DNA from: an uncultured virus (IMG/VR IMGVR_UViG_3300031707_003496)
Lineage: Duplodnaviria; Heunggongvirae; Uroviricota; Caudoviricetes
IMG/VR virus record: IMGVR_UViG_3300031707_003496
Direction: 5' to 3' (one strand)
DNA length: 20,000 nucleotides
Shown: piece after piece, positions 17,163 through 20,000 of the stretch
Layout: each line of letters begins with the position of its first letter
Numbering within the stretch: position 1 is the first letter of the stretch
Position numbers and translations under genes: made by a program
Notes under the pieces: generated by a model
Told to the model about the DNA's origin: nothing
Database searches by the model: none
The model's input: only the letters and a program-made list of their open reading frames with translations

Positions 17163-20000
17163 ATGAAAACTCCCACAAGATTTTTATTGATAATGATTGT
17201 GGTTATCTTGTTAGTAGGTTTCGTACAAGCCGGTCCGCCCGTAGCATCCTTCACCAAGAACCAGACGGTAGGCAACGCCCCGTTACGGGTACAGTTCAAT
17301 GACACGTCACAGCTTACTTCCGGGACGCAATGGTTATGGACGTGGGGAGAAGAGAAATCTACAATGGATTATGTGACATATACTTATTGGACAACAACGA
17401 AAACATCAGCAGCTACAAGAAACGCAACGCACCAATTCTCAGCTCCCGGACAATATCAGGTAACCCTGAAAGTAACTAACGCGAGCGGTATTTCAACCAG
17501 TTCTTCCCAGACGGTTACTGTCTGGGGGAATGTAACCCGGGCACCGTCGAACAGTATCTTCCGAACACCGGTTAATGCGTTACCAGTAGATGCAAATTCA
17601 GCAACGTATGTGGCAAATACGTTTAGCGGTTCCCCCGCAGATGGGTTACGACCCGATCCCTATACTCCCTATTCGGTTGTTGACAGTAAAGTACCGACAC
17701 AATATCTGACTTCATATTCAGATCCACAAACAGATGATGTACCCTATCCGATCCCGGAACCGGCACTTCAGGACCCGTACATACCTAATGACGACCAGTC
17801 AATCCTGATCTATAATAAAGACGATAATTATCATTATGATCTTTATGCCGCCGAACAAGCGGGTGACGGGACCTGGAGTGCATCGGCAGGCATTCGTAAC
17901 AGTATGACCAGCAATGCAATTGATCTTACAAAAGACCGACCTCCGTATGGTATCCTGCCAGTACATTATAATGAACTTGCTGACGGGGCTGTTAACCACA
18001 TGATGCAACTGACCGTTGAAAGAACCGGGGGGCATGTCTGGCCGTATAGCCACGATGGTAATGGCGCTCCCGGATATCCTCCCTGGGGTCAGGTATTCAG
18101 ATTAAAGTCAACATTTAATGTTGATAGTTTTGTCAGCAGTTGTTCTCCCGCCTGCCCACAAACCCATGCAATCTTACACGGCTTACAGACCTATGGCGGG
18201 ATAATAACTGACCAGCACGGGACATCAGCCGATATTGTCCTTATAAAAATAGCCCGTGACAACCGCCTCAGCGAAGCTGATTTAAATAATTTAATGGATG
18301 TTTCGACATCACAGTTTGAAGCGGTTGATACCTCTTCCTTAATGGTAAGTGAAAACTCCCTTGCAGTATCCGGATATACGGGAGATGCACCGGTAACAGC
18401 GTTCTCAGCGAACGCAACGTATGGAACTTCTCCAATGGCAGTTAAGTTTACAGACGCATCGACCAACACCCCGACGGCATGGAGATGGTATTGGTATGCG
18501 AATGAGACTGCCTCTTCAACCAGCCAGAGCCCGACAACAACGTTTACAACAGGAAGTTATAATATACGATTGAACTCCAGCAATGCGTATGGATATGACT
18601 GGGAAAACAAGACAACGTATATCACGGCAACTACATCCGGAGACCCGTGGGAAGGATACGTCCCACCTAGTATAACCGGTGCGTCACCGCTCAGTATAAC
18701 TTTTACGGACATTTCATATTATTCTCCGACGGCATGGAACTGGTCGTTTAAGAATGTTGCCGGGAATAACACGGAAGTCTGGTTCAGCCAGGTTTCACAC
18801 CCGACGCATATCTTTGGTCAGGGCAATTATTCAATCCGGTTAAACGCCAGTAATTCCGGCGGGTATAATATTACTCCGGCATTAGTGTTTGTTAATGTTA
18901 CGGCATCGGGCGCACCAGTAGTAAACTTCACGGTGAACCGGACATACGTTCACCCGGGCGAAACGGTGTTATTAAATGATACAAGTACGAACACACCGAC
19001 GAGCTGGCAATGGAGTATTGAAACTAACGGGGCAGGTGCAACCGACCATTACTCTACGAGAAACGTATCGTATGTCATGCCAAATGTATTATACACCGGC
19101 CCATTATTCGTACAATTAAACGCAACGAACGTTATTGGTACGGGCATACTCAGACAGAACGCGACACTTGTCGTCTCCTATGAAATCCCGATCTCTAACT
19201 TCACCGCCAATGTAACTACTGGCACAGCCCCGTTGAAAGTCGGGTTTACGGCAACGGGAACGAAATGGCCGAAATATTATCAGTGGTATTGGAATGCCAA
19301 CGAAACCCTTTCATCAGTCTTAGCGACCCCGAACACAACGTTTACGACTGGTGTCTATAACGTCAGATTGTATACGTATAACTCTGCGGGTGGAACGTGG
19401 ATGAACAAGACGGCATATATTACCGCAACACCGACAGCCCCCGTAGCGAACTTCCATTCCCAGTACACATCATATCTTGTCGGGCAGGACGTTCAGATGT
19501 ATGACGACAGTACGAACATTCCGACTACATGGATCTGGGGTGTCCAGCGGCCCAGTCCGGGCGGATTGTATTATGCCTATACCCAGAACCCGGTAATACC
19601 GCCTTTCTCAACCGCAGGCAATTATACCGTTAACCTTTACGCAGAAAATGGCGGTGGGGGGAACTGGAGTAATAAGACGGGGTACTTACATATCCTTACG
19701 GGTGTAACGCCACCGGTAGCGTTCGGGAGTTGTGTTCCGACGAGTGGATATTTACCAATATCCGTAACGTGTACGGATTTATCTACTAACACACCGACGG
19801 CGTGGTATTGGGTATTTAGTGGAGCCGCAAGGACATATTATTCATATAGTCGCAACCCAACGTTCAATCTTCCAAGCGGAGGATGGGATCCAGAATGTGA
19901 ACACGACCCCGCGTTGTGTTTAGGGGGATATATGAATATAAAACTAACCGCATCGAACTCCGCCGGGTCTGATATCTGGCAAGTAGATCATTATGGCCTT
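17163..20000 (+). CDS. Large secreted multi-PKD protein (>946 aa, runs off the window) with an inserted globular domain
   Basis: Absent from the ORF track because it has no stop in the window. Manual translation gives MKTPTRFLLIMIVVILLVGFVQA-GPPVASFTKNQTVGNAPLRVQFNDTS..., open to 20000. About 7 PKD-like modules (e.g. VKFTDASTNTPTAWRWYW, TFTDISYYSPTAWNWSF, NDTSTNTPTSWQWSI). Confidence 0.9.
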   Translation, partial: MKTPTRFLLIMIVVILLVGFVQAGPPVASFTKNQTVGNAPLRVQFNDTSQLTSGTQWLWTWGEEKSTMDYVTYTYWTTTKTSAATRNATHQFSAPGQYQVTLKVTNASGISTSSSQTVTVWGNVTRAPSNSIFRTPVNALPVDANSATYVANTFSGSPADGLRPDPYTPYSVVDSKVPTQYLTSYSDPQTDDVPYPIPEPALQDPYIPNDDQSILIYNKDDNYHYDLYAAEQAGDGTWSASAGIRNSMTSNAIDLTKDRPPYGILPVHYNELADGAVNHMMQLTVERTGGHVWPYSHDGNGAPGYPPWGQVFRLKSTFNVDSFVSSCSPACPQTHAILHGLQTYGGIITDQHGTSADIVLIKIARDNRLSEADLNNLMDVSTSQFEAVDTSSLMVSENSLAVSGYTGDAPVTAFSANATYGTSPMAVKFTDASTNTPTAWRWYWYANETASSTSQSPTTTFTTGSYNIRLNSSNAYGYDWENKTTYITATTSGDPWEGYVPPSITGASPLSITFTDISYYSPTAWNWSFKNVAGNNTEVWFSQVSHPTHIFGQGNYSIRLNASNSGGYNITPALVFVNVTASGAPVVNFTVNRTYVHPGETVLLNDTSTNTPTSWQWSIETNGAGATDHYSTRNVSYVMPNVLYTGPLFVQLNATNVIGTGILRQNATLVVSYEIPISNFTANVTTGTAPLKVGFTATGTKWPKYYQWYWNANETLSSVLATPNTTFTTGVYNVRLYTYNSAGGTWMNKTAYITATPTAPVANFHSQYTSYLVGQDVQMYDDSTNIPTTWIWGVQRPSPGGLYYAYTQNPVIPPFSTAGNYTVNLYAENGGGGNWSNKTGYLHILTGVTPPVAFGSCVPTSGYLPISVTCTDLSTNTPTAWYWVFSGAARTYYSYSRNPTFNLPSGGWDPECEHDPALCLGGYMNIKLTASNSAGSDIWQVDHYGL
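19713..20000 (+). repeat. Duplicated Cys-containing PKD module, copy 2 (copy 1 at 16766-17050)
   Basis: PVAFGSCVPTSGYLPISVTCTDLSTNTPTAWYWVFSG...RNPTFNLPSGGWDPEC versus PVAFGNCTPIGGYLPISVTCTDLSTNTPTAWYWVFSG...RNPTFDLPSGGWDPEC. Confidence 0.9.

Noticed and set aside
752..18469. Numerous short minus-strand and alternative-frame ORFs in the track (e.g. 752-1180, 9513-9899, 12070-12471, 13859-14338, 14637-14930, 17003-17305, 18191-18469)
   Set aside because: They overlap well-supported genes and have no recognisable motifs or translation signals.
16766..20000. Diversity-generating retroelement TR/VR pair suggested by the two similar ~285-bp segments
   Set aside because: Mismatches are not adenine-specific (many C/T and other third-position changes) and include an indel. 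Both copies are coding PKD modules, and no reverse transcriptase is present in the window.
1..20000. tRNA, rRNA, integrase, transposase or head-tail virus hallmark genes (terminase, portal, HK97 capsid)
   Set aside because: None was recognisable, and there is almost no non-coding space to hold RNA genes.

Overview
This is a very tightly packed, almost entirely coding archaeal window. Archaeal BRE/TATA-like promoters, GAGGTGA/GGAGGT ribosome-binding sites and sequon-rich PKD proteins suggest a Methanomicrobiales-like host such as Methanoregula (inference). The left half (about 40-11515) is a surface-glycan synthesis and modification cluster. It encodes a lipoprotein, a radical SAM/SPASM enzyme, a GtrB/DPM1-like GT2, a polytopic GT-C-like membrane protein, a GT10, an NDP-sugar epimerase/reductase, a second GT2, a 2-TM protein, an EamA/ArnE-F-like flippase, a GT4, a PIG-L deacetylase, an ATP-grasp ligase and a convergent N-acetyl-sugar amidotransferase. 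The right half (11618->20000) starts at a divergent promoter and reads like the structural/adhesion module of a virus or mobile element. It encodes a 35-aa zinc finger, a small secreted protein, a Gly-rich PKD protein, a multi-TM protein, two tandem ~85-90-aa hydrophobic hairpin proteins, a free-standing NUMOD3-HNH endonuclease, a DUF2341-PKD protein and a >946-aa multi-PKD protein missing from the ORF track. The best hypothesis is a membrane-associated (spindle-shaped or pleomorphic-type) archaeal virus or extrachromosomal element carrying its own glycosylation / serotype-conversion-like machinery. No replication, integration, packaging or housekeeping genes are in the window, so this is unproven. 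All family assignments are from motif recognition by eye, not database searches.
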